In this document: piece after piece, positions 17,801 to 26,623 of the stretch
How positions within the stretch are numbered: the stretch's first letter is position 1
Layout of the letters: every line of letters starts with the position of its first letter
DNA from: Nitrosomonas europaea
GTDB lineage: Bacteria; Pseudomonadota; Gammaproteobacteria; Burkholderiales; Nitrosomonadaceae
NCBI RefSeq assembly: GCF_900167395.1
Contig: NZ_FUWK01000003.1
Location: 121,789 to 153,788, forward strand
DNA: 32,000 nt
Direction: 5' to 3'
Position numbers and translations under genes: made by a program
Notes under the pieces: generated by a model
What the model saw: the letters and a program-made list of their open reading frames with translations, nothing else
Told to the model about the DNA's origin: nothing
Database searches by the model: none

Positions 17801-20800
17801 TGCTGCGCGTGAATGGCTGGGAGGAAAGCATTTCACAGTAGAGCAACTCGATATCATCTCCCCGATGGTTTTTGATGGTGAACATGCACGTACCACCCAT
17901 CTGATTCTCAATCCACGTGATGGTGGATTCCAGATCAAAAGTCGCCAGCGGCTCAGCGATGACGAATGGACGCTGCACGCTTCAGGACGCATTCTGGAAG
18001 CAGTCAACAGAATTCCTGTGGCGCGTATCGATGCGCCCGCAGTATCTGCTGAACACGTCGGGCATGAAATCCATTATCAGCGTGCATCACAGCTGGGCCT
18101 TGATTATGGCCCGGGTTTTCAAGGCGTGAGCAATATAAACATCGCAGCAGAAAGGCTTGAGGCTACTCTATCCTGCCCCGAATTACAGCATTTCGATGAT
18201 TATCTGCTGCACCCGGCAATACTGGATCTTTGCTTTCAGTCACTGATCGATTTCTTTGGTGAAGCAATCGATGCCGGGCAGGGGATCGCCTTGCTTCCCG
18301 TCAAAATGGGTAAGCTGAATTTTTGCGGCAATGGAAAAGTGGCATTCTTGCGTGCCAGACTATGTCGTCATGGTACCCGTTCCGCACTGGCGGATTTCGA
18401 ACTGCTGGACAATCAGAATAATCTGATCGCCAGTGCTTCGGCCTGCCGGTTCCGTGCTGCCCACCTCAAGCGTCACGTTCAGCAGAACATATCGAACTGG
18501 CGTATTGTTCCCTGGCTTAAGCCCCATCCGCTCGATGGTATGACCACGGCCATGCCGCCTGTAGCAGGCCTCATCGAACAAGTACGAGCACAATTCGATC
18601 GTGTCAAACATGATCGTCATACCTTATTCAAGGAAATACTTCCACTTACCGAAGCGTTGACATTATCGTTTGCCTGGCAGGCTGTACGGCAGATTCAACA
18701 GTATCGTCCATTGGATTGGCAGCAGATTTTTGATGGATCTCATGCAACTGCCCACGCCCGCTGGCTGGCGAATCTGCTGATCACTGAAGGATTGCTGAAT
18801 AAAGATGATGCCGGCCAGTGGTTTGTCACTATCGATGCGGATCTGCCTTCACCGGAAACAGTCTGGCAAACACTGCTAAATGATTTCCCGGTGTACCTGC
18901 CGCAGCTGATGCTCATGGGGAGAGTCGGTCAGCAATTGCCGGCATTGTTGTGTGGAGAAACTGATGCGCTGAAATTGCTGAATGAGTTGAAACATTCACC
19001 TGTGGCTGAAATGCGTTACCACGATGATCCGGTTTATCTGGGGATGCGGCTTGCTCTCGAGGAAATATTCAGAAATCTGGCAGGCAGCTGGCCTGTATCA
19101 CGCCGGCTGCGAATTCTGGAAATCACCGCTGGTTCCAGTGAACTGCCGAAAATACTGACGGGTTCATTACCCGAAGATCGTTTCGACTATGTTCTGGCCT
19201 TGCCGGATGAAGCTATGCAGGCACGCCAGCAGATCGAATATCAGGAGGATGCCAGCATTGTCGTGGCACGGTATGAGCCTGCCACACTGAAACTGTCTGC
19301 TGATCGTCGGTTACCTGATGCATTCGATGTCATTGTCCTGCATCACGCATTACATCGGACAAACAGCCCACACACAGCGCTGGCTCAAATCCGGCATCTG
19401 CTGGCTGCCGGGGGCATTCTTTTGCTGGCTGAACAGCATTCAGACTGGAGTACCAATTTTCTGGAAGGGATCGATCCCGGCTGGTGGCGTCAGCGCAACA
19501 AAACGCCAGATCTACCAGTATCTCCATTGTTATCGCCCGCAACGTGGCAACAATTGCTGAAGGATGCGGGATTTACGGATACAGAAACATTCTTTGAGCC
19601 CGCTGCAGAAGGTCTGGCCGAGGGAGCTTATCTGTTGCTTGCCAGATGCCCCGCACGAGATAGTGCCATTATTCCCGAGCCCGTCACTGCCTCGTGGTTA
19701 CTGGTAGCAGACGAATCTTCCGCAACCCTGGCCAGGCACCTGAGTAACCGGCTGCAATCATCGGGACAGCAGGTAACCATCACCAGCCGGATAGATGATG
19801 ATCTTTTGCAGAATACTGACCACATCGTTCATCTGCCGGGCTGGAACGATACTCCTGACCAGGCTGCGGATACGGTAACCCGGTTGATGGAGGATGTGAA
19901 GCTGCTGGCTGCCCGGATCGGGAAAACACCTCAATTCTGGCTCGTGACCCGTGGCGGTACGCTCATTAGCGGATGCCCGGCCGAGTCGGAATCCAGTCCG
20001 GCACAGTCTGCGCTCTGGGGATTCGGCCGTGTCGTCATGAACGAATATCCTCAGCTCGCCTGCACACTCATCGATCTGGTTTGTAACCCGGCAACCGTCA
20101 ATCTGGCAGACCGGCTGGTGAATGAACTGCTTGTCCCGGATGGCAGCAATGAAATTGTGCTTTCCGCAGCAGCGCGCTACTGCCTGGTCATGCAGGAAGC
20201 AACGAACCAGCAGATCAGGACGACAGAGCAGTCAGAGAAAAAGGATGAGCGATTTCATCTTGATTTTCACGTCCCCGGACAATTGCGCAACCTCGTCTGG
20301 TTGCCTGATGTTAAGCGTCAACTGGGTGATGACGAGGTTGAAGTATGTACCCGGGCCACCGGCCTCAATTTCCGTGATGTCATGTACCTCATGGGCCTGC
20401 TTCCGGATGAGGCCGTCGAAAATGGTTTTGCAGGCGCCAGCCTCGGGCTGGAATTTTCAGGGATCATCAGCCGGGTTGGGGCACGTGTAAAAGGCCTGTT
20501 ACCCGGTGATGCGGTCATGGGATTCGGTTCTTCCTGCTTTGCCAGCCATGTCATCACGCGAGCAGATGCCGTAGCACCTATGCCCGAGAACTGGTCGTTC
20601 GAGGCCGCAGCGACTGTACCCACCGTTTTTCTGACCGTCTATTACGCGCTCAAGCAGCTGGCAGCTCTGCAGCCGGGAGAGAGGGTACTGATTCACGGTG
20701 CAGCAGGGGGAGTCGGTATCGCTGCCATCCAGCTTGCACGTTATCTTGGCGCGGAAATTTATGCCACTGCAGGCAGTGATGAGAAACGGGATTTCGTCAA

Positions 20801-22508
20801 ATTGCTGGGAGCGGATCATGTGTTCGATTCACGCAGCCTGGCATTTGCTGACGATATTCTTGATGCCACTGCAGGTGAAGGAGTGGATGTGGTTCTCAAT
20901 TCACTTGCGGGTGAAGCCATGCGTCGCAGTATCGATGTGTTGAAACCCTTTGGCCGTTTTCTTGAACTGGGCAAACGCGATTTTTTTGAAAATACCCCGG
21001 TTGGCTTGCGTCCCTTCAAGAACAATATCAGCTATTTCGGCATCGATGCGGATCAGTTACTGACTGCGCGTCCCAGGCTTGCCGTACAACTCTTTCATGA
21101 GGTCATGGCACTGTTTCGTGAACAGGCACTGGCACCACTGCCTTATCGGGTATTTTCAGCCAATCGCATTACGGATGCTTTCCGTGTGATGCAGCAAGCA
21201 CGCCATATCGGCAAAATTGTCGTGTCTCTGGCAGATGCACGGCCAGATATCGAACAGCCTTTACAACCTGTTCCGGCAATACGATTTGAAAGAAACAGTA
21301 CATGGCTGGTCACCGGCGGGCTTTCCGGTTTTGGCCTGGAATCTGCCCGCTGGCTGGCAGAACGGGGTGTCGATCACTTAGTGCTGGCAGGGCGCCGTGG
21401 TATGGATACGCCAGGAGCAAAGGAAATCATCGAAACTTTCGCGGTTCAAGGGGTAAAAGTGATCGCACAGGCGTGCGACATCACTCACGCTGCAGCGGTT
21501 GATACGCTGATCGAACGTATCGGTAAAACACTGCCTCCTCTCAAAGGTGTGCTGCATGCAGCAGCGGTTTTCGACGATCAGCTGATTTCCAGTCTCGATC
21601 AGAAGCGCATCAGCAATGTCATGGATGCCAAACTGCTGGGCGCCTGGCATTTGCACCAGGCCACGCTCGGCACGCCGCTGGATTATTTCATTCTGTACTC
21701 CTCGGTTACTACCGCAATCGGAAATCCGGGGCAGGCCAATTATGTGGCTGCCAATGCAGGGCTCGAAGGGCTGGCGGCTATGCGTCGGCACATGGGTTTG
21801 CCAGCCACCTGCATTGCCTGGGGACCTGTCAGCGACACGGGATACCTCGCGCGTAATCAAGCCGTCAGAGACAGTCTCGAACAGCGCCTCGGTAAACCGC
21901 CTCTTCCGGCTGCAGAAGCGCTCACTCAACTGGATGTTGCACTCAATGACGAAACCGGATTTGTTATTCCTGCTGACTTCGACTGGAATACGCTGAGCCA
22001 TCTGCTGCCTTCAGCGAGCGGTAATCGTTTTGCTATTCTCAACCGGAACAGACGCAGCACCTCTCAAACTACCGAATCGATTGATATTCGGACGTTCATT
22101 ATTGGAAAAACCCGGGCTGAGGTAACAGAAATCGTACGTGGCTTTGTAGTGGAGGAGGTTGCGCAGATCCTGAGCATCAGCCCGGATCGTATCGAGTCAG
22201 GGCGCTCCCTGCATGATCATGGTATGGATTCGCTGATGGCGGTCGAGCTTGCTCTGGGGCTGGAGCGGCGCTTTGGTATCCAGTTACCGGTCATGATGCT
22301 CAACGATGCGCCCACGATTCATACAGTCACGGCACGTATCGTCGAGAAACTGACAAATAAAGGGGATATGCCGGAGGGAGAACAATCAGTCAGCCAGGTC
22401 ACCGAGTTTATCCGTCAGCACGGAGAGGAATTGATGCCGGAAGAAATCGACATCCTGAGTGAGGATGTACGCCATTTTGCTCAACAAGGAACAAGTCTAA
22501 TCGCATGA
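14874..22508 (+). CDS. type I polyketide synthase, single fully reducing module (KS-AT-DH-MT-like-ER-KR-ACP), no thioesterase
   Basis: KS: aa ~34-457 (DTACSSS Cys204, EAHGTGT, NLGH). AT: aa ~563-860 (GHSVGE Ser654, Arg679, YAFH). DH: aa ~926-1200 (HPLLG, YPGAAY, DLCFQ). SAM-MT-like: aa ~1390-1595, with a degenerate motif I (ILEITAGSS). ER: aa ~1795-2118 (HGAAGGVGIAAIQ). KR: aa ~2143-2325 (TGGLSGFG, GQANY). ACP: aa ~2412-2492 (GMDSL Ser2453). A tail of about 50 aa follows. SD-like AAGGA lies upstream of ATG 14874. Confidence 0.95.
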   Translation: MGRSINKHATDDSRSESLNTGTQESGTDKSSSSPVAIVGFAFRFPGDVSDETDFWNALKQKRDLVTQIPADRWAVDELQHDKRSEHGRSITFSAGVLSHIEEFDASFFGISPREAAVLDPQQRLLLELTWETMENAGIPPSSMAGSDCAVYVGISGFDYGMCEVDDLAVITSHSMTGNTLSIAANRISYAFDLHGPSLAVDTACSSSLVALHHACNCLRNGEASTALVGGVNLLLHPYPFVGFTKASMLSAKGRCKPFDASGDGYVRSEGAAVLLLKPLEKALADGDDVHAVILSSGVNADGARKTGITIPSSDGQAELMRAVLSRSGLSSKEVDFIEAHGTGTVVGDPVETRAIGMVYGQERTRPLPIGSVKANLGHLEPASGMAGLIKTILALKHRALPPAIHLHTPNPHIDFQALNLELIRKYKPFSRKRKKPLVAGVNSFGFGGANAHVLLKEFVPQDSKADTSSTMESLPPLFLSARTEAALRATAEHYVELLKGKSPQEFYDIAHAAAYRREQMEKRLALHTGKVDSTVDLLDRYAKGDMVSRVFVEDELPQSGGVAFVYSGNGTQWAGMGRALLAESPRFKEILSEIDEIMLPQAGFSLITELEAEDTNSRLDDTRVAQPLLFAIQVGVTTLLREQGIEPSAVTGHSVGEIAAAWASGALDLQQAIHVICVRSQAQGLTRGKGRMAAVGLSVEAIQEIITTLGVDAEVEIAGINSPGNVTLSGPLEDLQQIQSVAESRGIFFRLLDLDYAFHSRQMDAIEEPLIRQLGELAPAYTERATFVSTVTGNEIDGRLLDAGYWWRNVRQPVQFAAAINRIAGLGCRILIEIGPHAILQRYMGECLAAAEVQGRVIPTLRRDDNGLQRITETVLRTQLLAERPSLQTYFSVPGRRVRLPNYPWQRERHWIPWTNEGLHSLDRRRVHPLLGWRIPGVDTLWENTLDPVTLPWLADHKVGGAIVYPGAAYAEMSLAAAREWLGGKHFTVEQLDIISPMVFDGEHARTTHLILNPRDGGFQIKSRQRLSDDEWTLHASGRILEAVNRIPVARIDAPAVSAEHVGHEIHYQRASQLGLDYGPGFQGVSNINIAAERLEATLSCPELQHFDDYLLHPAILDLCFQSLIDFFGEAIDAGQGIALLPVKMGKLNFCGNGKVAFLRARLCRHGTRSALADFELLDNQNNLIASASACRFRAAHLKRHVQQNISNWRIVPWLKPHPLDGMTTAMPPVAGLIEQVRAQFDRVKHDRHTLFKEILPLTEALTLSFAWQAVRQIQQYRPLDWQQIFDGSHATAHARWLANLLITEGLLNKDDAGQWFVTIDADLPSPETVWQTLLNDFPVYLPQLMLMGRVGQQLPALLCGETDALKLLNELKHSPVAEMRYHDDPVYLGMRLALEEIFRNLAGSWPVSRRLRILEITAGSSELPKILTGSLPEDRFDYVLALPDEAMQARQQIEYQEDASIVVARYEPATLKLSADRRLPDAFDVIVLHHALHRTNSPHTALAQIRHLLAAGGILLLAEQHSDWSTNFLEGIDPGWWRQRNKTPDLPVSPLLSPATWQQLLKDAGFTDTETFFEPAAEGLAEGAYLLLARCPARDSAIIPEPVTASWLLVADESSATLARHLSNRLQSSGQQVTITSRIDDDLLQNTDHIVHLPGWNDTPDQAADTVTRLMEDVKLLAARIGKTPQFWLVTRGGTLISGCPAESESSPAQSALWGFGRVVMNEYPQLACTLIDLVCNPATVNLADRLVNELLVPDGSNEIVLSAAARYCLVMQEATNQQIRTTEQSEKKDERFHLDFHVPGQLRNLVWLPDVKRQLGDDEVEVCTRATGLNFRDVMYLMGLLPDEAVENGFAGASLGLEFSGIISRVGARVKGLLPGDAVMGFGSSCFASHVITRADAVAPMPENWSFEAAATVPTVFLTVYYALKQLAALQPGERVLIHGAAGGVGIAAIQLARYLGAEIYATAGSDEKRDFVKLLGADHVFDSRSLAFADDILDATAGEGVDVVLNSLAGEAMRRSIDVLKPFGRFLELGKRDFFENTPVGLRPFKNNISYFGIDADQLLTARPRLAVQLFHEVMALFREQALAPLPYRVFSANRITDAFRVMQQARHIGKIVVSLADARPDIEQPLQPVPAIRFERNSTWLVTGGLSGFGLESARWLAERGVDHLVLAGRRGMDTPGAKEIIETFAVQGVKVIAQACDITHAAAVDTLIERIGKTLPPLKGVLHAAAVFDDQLISSLDQKRISNVMDAKLLGAWHLHQATLGTPLDYFILYSSVTTAIGNPGQANYVAANAGLEGLAAMRRHMGLPATCIAWGPVSDTGYLARNQAVRDSLEQRLGKPPLPAAEALTQLDVALNDETGFVIPADFDWNTLSHLLPSASGNRFAILNRNRRSTSQTTESIDIRTFIIGKTRAEVTEIVRGFVVEEVAQILSISPDRIESGRSLHDHGMDSLMAVELALGLERRFGIQLPVMMLNDAPTIHTVTARIVEKLTNKGDMPEGEQSVSQVTEFIRQHGEELMPEEIDILSEDVRHFAQQGTSLIA

Positions 22509-23839
22509 ACAAACTCAGTCTTACCCGGAAAGCCAGAACACATCTCATAGATCATATTCTTGGCAGAAAAATGGAAGTAGCGGGTGGTGCTGCTCCTGCG
22601 TCGGCGGAGTGTCCAACCCGTTACTCGTCGATTCCTGATGCCTTTACCCGTTTTGACCGTTTCCCCGGCTATGAAAAAATGCTGGTTCCCAAGGCAGCAT
22701 CCGAGCGATTGGGTCTGGTAAATCCGTTTTTCCGGTCACACGATGGCGTGGCGGGAGCAACTACGCTCATCGGTGGACGTGAATTCATCAATTTTTCCAA
22801 TTACAGCTACCTTGGACTGGCCGGCCACCCTGCCGTGAGCCGAGCGGCAAAAGAAGCTATCGATCGCTATGGTACATCGGCATCTGCAAGCAGACTCGTG
22901 GCAGGTGAGCGACCGGCTCAGCGCAAACTGGAAGAAGCGCTGGCTAATTTATATGAGGTGGATGACTGCATCGTATTTGTCAGCGGACATGCGACCAACG
23001 TCAGCACGATCGGCTGTCTCTTCGGCCCGAAAGATCTGGTGATTCACGACAGTCTCATCCATAACAGTGTATTGCAGGGGATTCAGCTTTCAGGCGCAGC
23101 CCGTCGTTCATTTCCACATAATGACATGGCGGCACTTGAACAAATCCTGGCTGAGATCCGCGCGCAGTTCGAACGTGTGCTGATCGTTACCGAAGGGCTT
23201 TACAGCATGGATGGTGATATTCCGGATCTGCCGGAACTCATCCGCATCAAACAGCACCATAAAGCCTTTCTGATGGTGGATGAAGCGCATTCCCTGGGAG
23301 TACTGGGAGAGACAGGAAAAGGAGTACGGGAACACTTCGGTATCCAAGGCAAAGCAGTGGATATCTGGATGGGCACGCTCAGCAAGACATTGGCTGGATG
23401 TGGCGGTTACATTGCCGGAGAACGGGCGCTTGTCGAGCACCTGAAATATGCAGCACCAGGTTTTGTCTACAGTGTCGGTATGGCGCCCTCCCTGGCGGCT
23501 GCTTCTCTGGAAGCGTTGCGTATCATGCAGCGAGAACCGGAGCGGGTAGCACGGTTACGTGAACGAGGGCAGCAATTTCTGGAGCTGATGCAATCTCTGG
23601 GCGTCAATACCGGCCTTGCTCAGGGCTATGCCGTCATTCCCGCCATCATTGGCAGCTCGCTCAAAGCGGCCCGGCTGTCAAACCAGTTTTTCGATGCCGG
23701 TATCAATGTCCAGCCGATCATCCATCCCGCGGTTGAAGAGAAAGCCGCAAGACTCAGATTTTTCCTGTCAGCCATGCATACCGATCAGCACGTACGGTAT
23801 ACCTGTGAAGTCATGAAGAAACTGACGGGTCTCCACTAA
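22505..23839 (+). CDS. PLP-dependent alpha-oxoamine synthase family enzyme (8-amino-7-oxononanoate synthase / serine palmitoyltransferase-like)
   Basis: NFSNYSYLGL, SGHATN, DEAHSLGVLG and the PLP-lysine motif GTLSKTLAGCGGY are present. The start overlaps the PKS stop (ATGA at 22505-22508). Confidence 0.9.
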   Translation: MNKLSLTRKARTHLIDHILGRKMEVAGGAAPASAECPTRYSSIPDAFTRFDRFPGYEKMLVPKAASERLGLVNPFFRSHDGVAGATTLIGGREFINFSNYSYLGLAGHPAVSRAAKEAIDRYGTSASASRLVAGERPAQRKLEEALANLYEVDDCIVFVSGHATNVSTIGCLFGPKDLVIHDSLIHNSVLQGIQLSGAARRSFPHNDMAALEQILAEIRAQFERVLIVTEGLYSMDGDIPDLPELIRIKQHHKAFLMVDEAHSLGVLGETGKGVREHFGIQGKAVDIWMGTLSKTLAGCGGYIAGERALVEHLKYAAPGFVYSVGMAPSLAAASLEALRIMQREPERVARLRERGQQFLELMQSLGVNTGLAQGYAVIPAIIGSSLKAARLSNQFFDAGINVQPIIHPAVEEKAARLRFFLSAMHTDQHVRYTCEVMKKLTGLH

Positions 23840-23865
23840 TCCTTTTGCCTGTTAACAAGAAAAAT

Positions 23866-25056
23866 ATGAACACGGAGAATCACTTTATTCGTATCGGATT
23901 ATTGCTGGCAGGAATCATGCTGATAAGTGCGCTGTCTGGTTGCGCAACTCAGCCTGACTGGGTTTCTTCCAGCGGGGCAAGCCGGGAGCAAATCCTGAAA
24001 AAGAGCGAACCCGGCCAGATTGGAGGGATCGGGTTGGTCGGTGTCGACGACACGCTTGCCAGAAAACTTTTTGAAGCGAAAAAACTGGGCCAGTTTGCCG
24101 ATATTTTCCCGAGTTCATCCACCAATAACTACATCATCGGCCCGGGTGACGTGATCGATGTCACCATCTGGGAAGCTCCCCCCGCCATGCTGTTTGGCGC
24201 AATCGTTCTCGACCCTTCAGCCGGCCCGACGACCACGCGAGGGGTTACCTTTCCGGAACAAATGGTGACGTCGGACAGCACAATTGCCATACCGTTTGCC
24301 GGCCGGGTTTCCGTCAGGGAGCGTACTGCCCAGGAGATTGAAAGAGAAATCATCGTACGGCTGTACGGTAAAGCCAACCAGCCCCAGGTACTGGTGCGGG
24401 TCATCAAAAACAATACATCCAACGTCACGATCGTGGGCGAAGTCAATAACAGCACACTGATGGCACTGACACCCAAAGGCGAAAGACTGCTCGATGCGCT
24501 GGCCATAAGCGGTGGAGTCAAACAATCCATCAATCGTATGGCAGTTCAGCTATCACGCGCCAATGTGACAGCAACCATGGCGCTTGACTCGGTCATTCGG
24601 GATCCGAAGCAGAATATCCTGCTCAAACCCGGCGATGTGATTACTGCCTTGTATCAGCCGCAGAGTTTTTCGGTATTGGGGGCAACCGGTAAGAATGAAG
24701 AAGTACTCTTCGAAGCTCAGGGTATTTCTCTGGCACAGGCACTGGCGCGTTCGGGCGGCCTGGCGGATAACCGTGCCGATGCACGCGGTGTATTCATATT
24801 CCGGTTTGAAGATGCAAAACTGGTCGATGCCGGTCATTCGTTGACTGCCGGAGCCGATGGGACTGTGCCAGTGGTGTATCAGGTCGATTTGCGTGATCCC
24901 GCATCATTCTTCGTCACCCAGAATTTTCCGGTCCAGAATCGCGATGTGATTTATGTCGCCAATTCTCCGGAAGCTGAATTCAACAAATTCATGAAGCTGC
25001 TGATATCCGTTGCGATGCCCGGCCTGACGATCAACCGAATGTTCCTGCTGAATTGA
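23866..25056 (+). CDS. outer-membrane polysaccharide export (OPX; Wza/KpsD-like) lipoprotein
   Basis: Signal peptide with lipobox (IMLISALSGC). The Poly_export motif PGDVIDVTIWE is followed by SLBB-like repeats (GEVN..., KPGDVITAL). Start is either ATG 23866 (preferred) or TTG 23845. Confidence 0.85.
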   Translation: MNTENHFIRIGLLLAGIMLISALSGCATQPDWVSSSGASREQILKKSEPGQIGGIGLVGVDDTLARKLFEAKKLGQFADIFPSSSTNNYIIGPGDVIDVTIWEAPPAMLFGAIVLDPSAGPTTTRGVTFPEQMVTSDSTIAIPFAGRVSVRERTAQEIEREIIVRLYGKANQPQVLVRVIKNNTSNVTIVGEVNNSTLMALTPKGERLLDALAISGGVKQSINRMAVQLSRANVTATMALDSVIRDPKQNILLKPGDVITALYQPQSFSVLGATGKNEEVLFEAQGISLAQALARSGGLADNRADARGVFIFRFEDAKLVDAGHSLTAGADGTVPVVYQVDLRDPASFFVTQNFPVQNRDVIYVANSPEAEFNKFMKLLISVAMPGLTINRMFLLN

Positions 25057-25092
25057 TGACTCGACCCAATCCACTGCTGTTTTCTTTCAGGT

Positions 25093-25884
25093 ATGGCTAT
25101 GGCTGAAGCTCGAAATCCGCTGCTTGTTTCCTTTGCTGTCTGGAAGGCGATTTTTCTGCGTGAAGCACTCGACCGGCTGTTCGATATGCGGGCTGCATGG
25201 TTCTGGCTGCTGGTCGAACCCGTTCTGCACATCGGCTTCCTGGTTTTCATCTTTACCGTCATTCGTATGCGTACGGTTGGCAATGCCGATGTCGCGGTAT
25301 GGATCATCGTCGGTATGCTGGCGTTCTTTCTGTTCCGGCGGACAGCAGTTCAGGTGACCTATGCGGTCGATTCCAACCGGCCCTTGTTCACTTATCGCCA
25401 GGTCAAACCGTTTGATCCGGTCCTTGCGCGTGCGGTGCTGGAAGCTTTTCTGATGTCGATTATTTCGATCATCATAATAGGTACCGCGATCCTGCTGGGT
25501 CACGAAGCATGGCCATACGATGCTTTACTGGTTTTGCAGGCCAACTTCGGGCTGTGGCTGTTTGGTATTGGCTATGGTCTGGTTGCATCGGTATTGATGG
25601 AGCTTGTCCCGGAAATGGAACATGTCCTCAAGATTCTGATGCTGCCGCTGTACCTGATTTCCGGCGTCATCTTGCCTTTGGCTGCCATACCCCAGCCTTA
25701 TCTCGATCTGTTGCTGCTGAATCCGATTGCACATGGGCTTGAACTGGCGCGTGCAGGCTTTTTTCCCTACTACCACACCGTGCCGGGCCTCAGCATGGAA
25801 TATCTTTATGCATGGGGTATCTCCGGCATATTTCTCGGTTTGATACTGTACCGCCGCTTTGCTTTACAGCTGGTGATGAGGTGA
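25093..25884 (+). CDS. kpsM: capsule-type ABC-2 transporter permease
   Basis: A 263-aa polytopic protein with the ABC-2 layout (about 6 hydrophobic spans) and an N-terminus ...VWKAIFLREALDRLF typical of KpsM/Wzm. It sits directly upstream of the KpsT-like ATPase. Confidence 0.82.
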   Translation: MAMAEARNPLLVSFAVWKAIFLREALDRLFDMRAAWFWLLVEPVLHIGFLVFIFTVIRMRTVGNADVAVWIIVGMLAFFLFRRTAVQVTYAVDSNRPLFTYRQVKPFDPVLARAVLEAFLMSIISIIIIGTAILLGHEAWPYDALLVLQANFGLWLFGIGYGLVASVLMELVPEMEHVLKILMLPLYLISGVILPLAAIPQPYLDLLLLNPIAHGLELARAGFFPYYHTVPGLSMEYLYAWGISGIFLGLILYRRFALQLVMR

Positions 25885-25960
25885 ATACGAAAATGGAAAT
25901 AAAGTTGAAAATTGTCATGATGTTAAGGCAACAAACAAGCGGTCAACTGGGGTTTTCAGG

Positions 25961-26623
25961 ATGATTGTTATCGAAGATGTATATAAGCGCTATAAAACAG
26001 ACCATGGCCCTGGTAAATGGATATTACAAGGCGTCAATCTGACGATTCCGCGTAATGTCAATGTCGGTCTGATCGGTTCAAATGGCGCGGGCAAATCTAC
26101 CTTGCTGCGTATCATCGGCGGTATCGATCACCCTAATAAAGGAAAAGTGGAACGTCGCTGCCGGCTTTCCTGGCCAATGGGGCAGGGTGGACTGGAACCG
26201 ACGCTGACCGGACGGCAGAATGCCAAATTCGTTTGCCGGTTGCATGGCCACCAGGATGATCTTCCTGAACGGCTGATATTCATACAGGATTTTTCCGGAC
26301 TGAAAGATGCTTTCGATGAGCCGGTGAACACCTACTCATCCGGGATGCGCTCGCGCCTGCAGTTTGCAATGTCACTTGCGTTCGATTTCGATATTTATAT
26401 TTCTGATGAAGTGACTGCTGCAGGGGATGCCGCTTTTCGTGACAAGGCAGCCGCCGCTTTCAAAGGGATGACCAATCGCGCCGGACTGATCATGGTCGCT
26501 CACAGCGAAAGCACACTCAGGCAATTTTGTGAGGCCGGTATTTTGCTTTATCAGGGTAAAGCGCAGTGGTTCGACAAAATCGAGGAAGCCTTCAAAGCGT
26601 ATAAGGACACCGTACAAAAATGA
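25961..26623 (+). CDS. kpsT: capsule-type ABC transporter ATP-binding protein
   Basis: Walker A GSNGAGKST, signature YSSGMRSRL and Walker B IYISDEV. The short (220 aa) single-NBD size is typical of KpsT. Confidence 0.9.
   Translation: MIVIEDVYKRYKTDHGPGKWILQGVNLTIPRNVNVGLIGSNGAGKSTLLRIIGGIDHPNKGKVERRCRLSWPMGQGGLEPTLTGRQNAKFVCRLHGHQDDLPERLIFIQDFSGLKDAFDEPVNTYSSGMRSRLQFAMSLAFDFDIYISDEVTAAGDAAFRDKAAAAFKGMTNRAGLIMVAHSESTLRQFCEAGILLYQGKAQWFDKIEEAFKAYKDTVQK

Noticed and set aside
21378-22001. A 207-aa minus-strand ORF, and other minus or alternative-frame ORFs within 14874-22508
   Set aside because: They lie inside the continuous 2544-aa PKS reading frame, which has ordered catalytic motifs. No independent evidence supports them.
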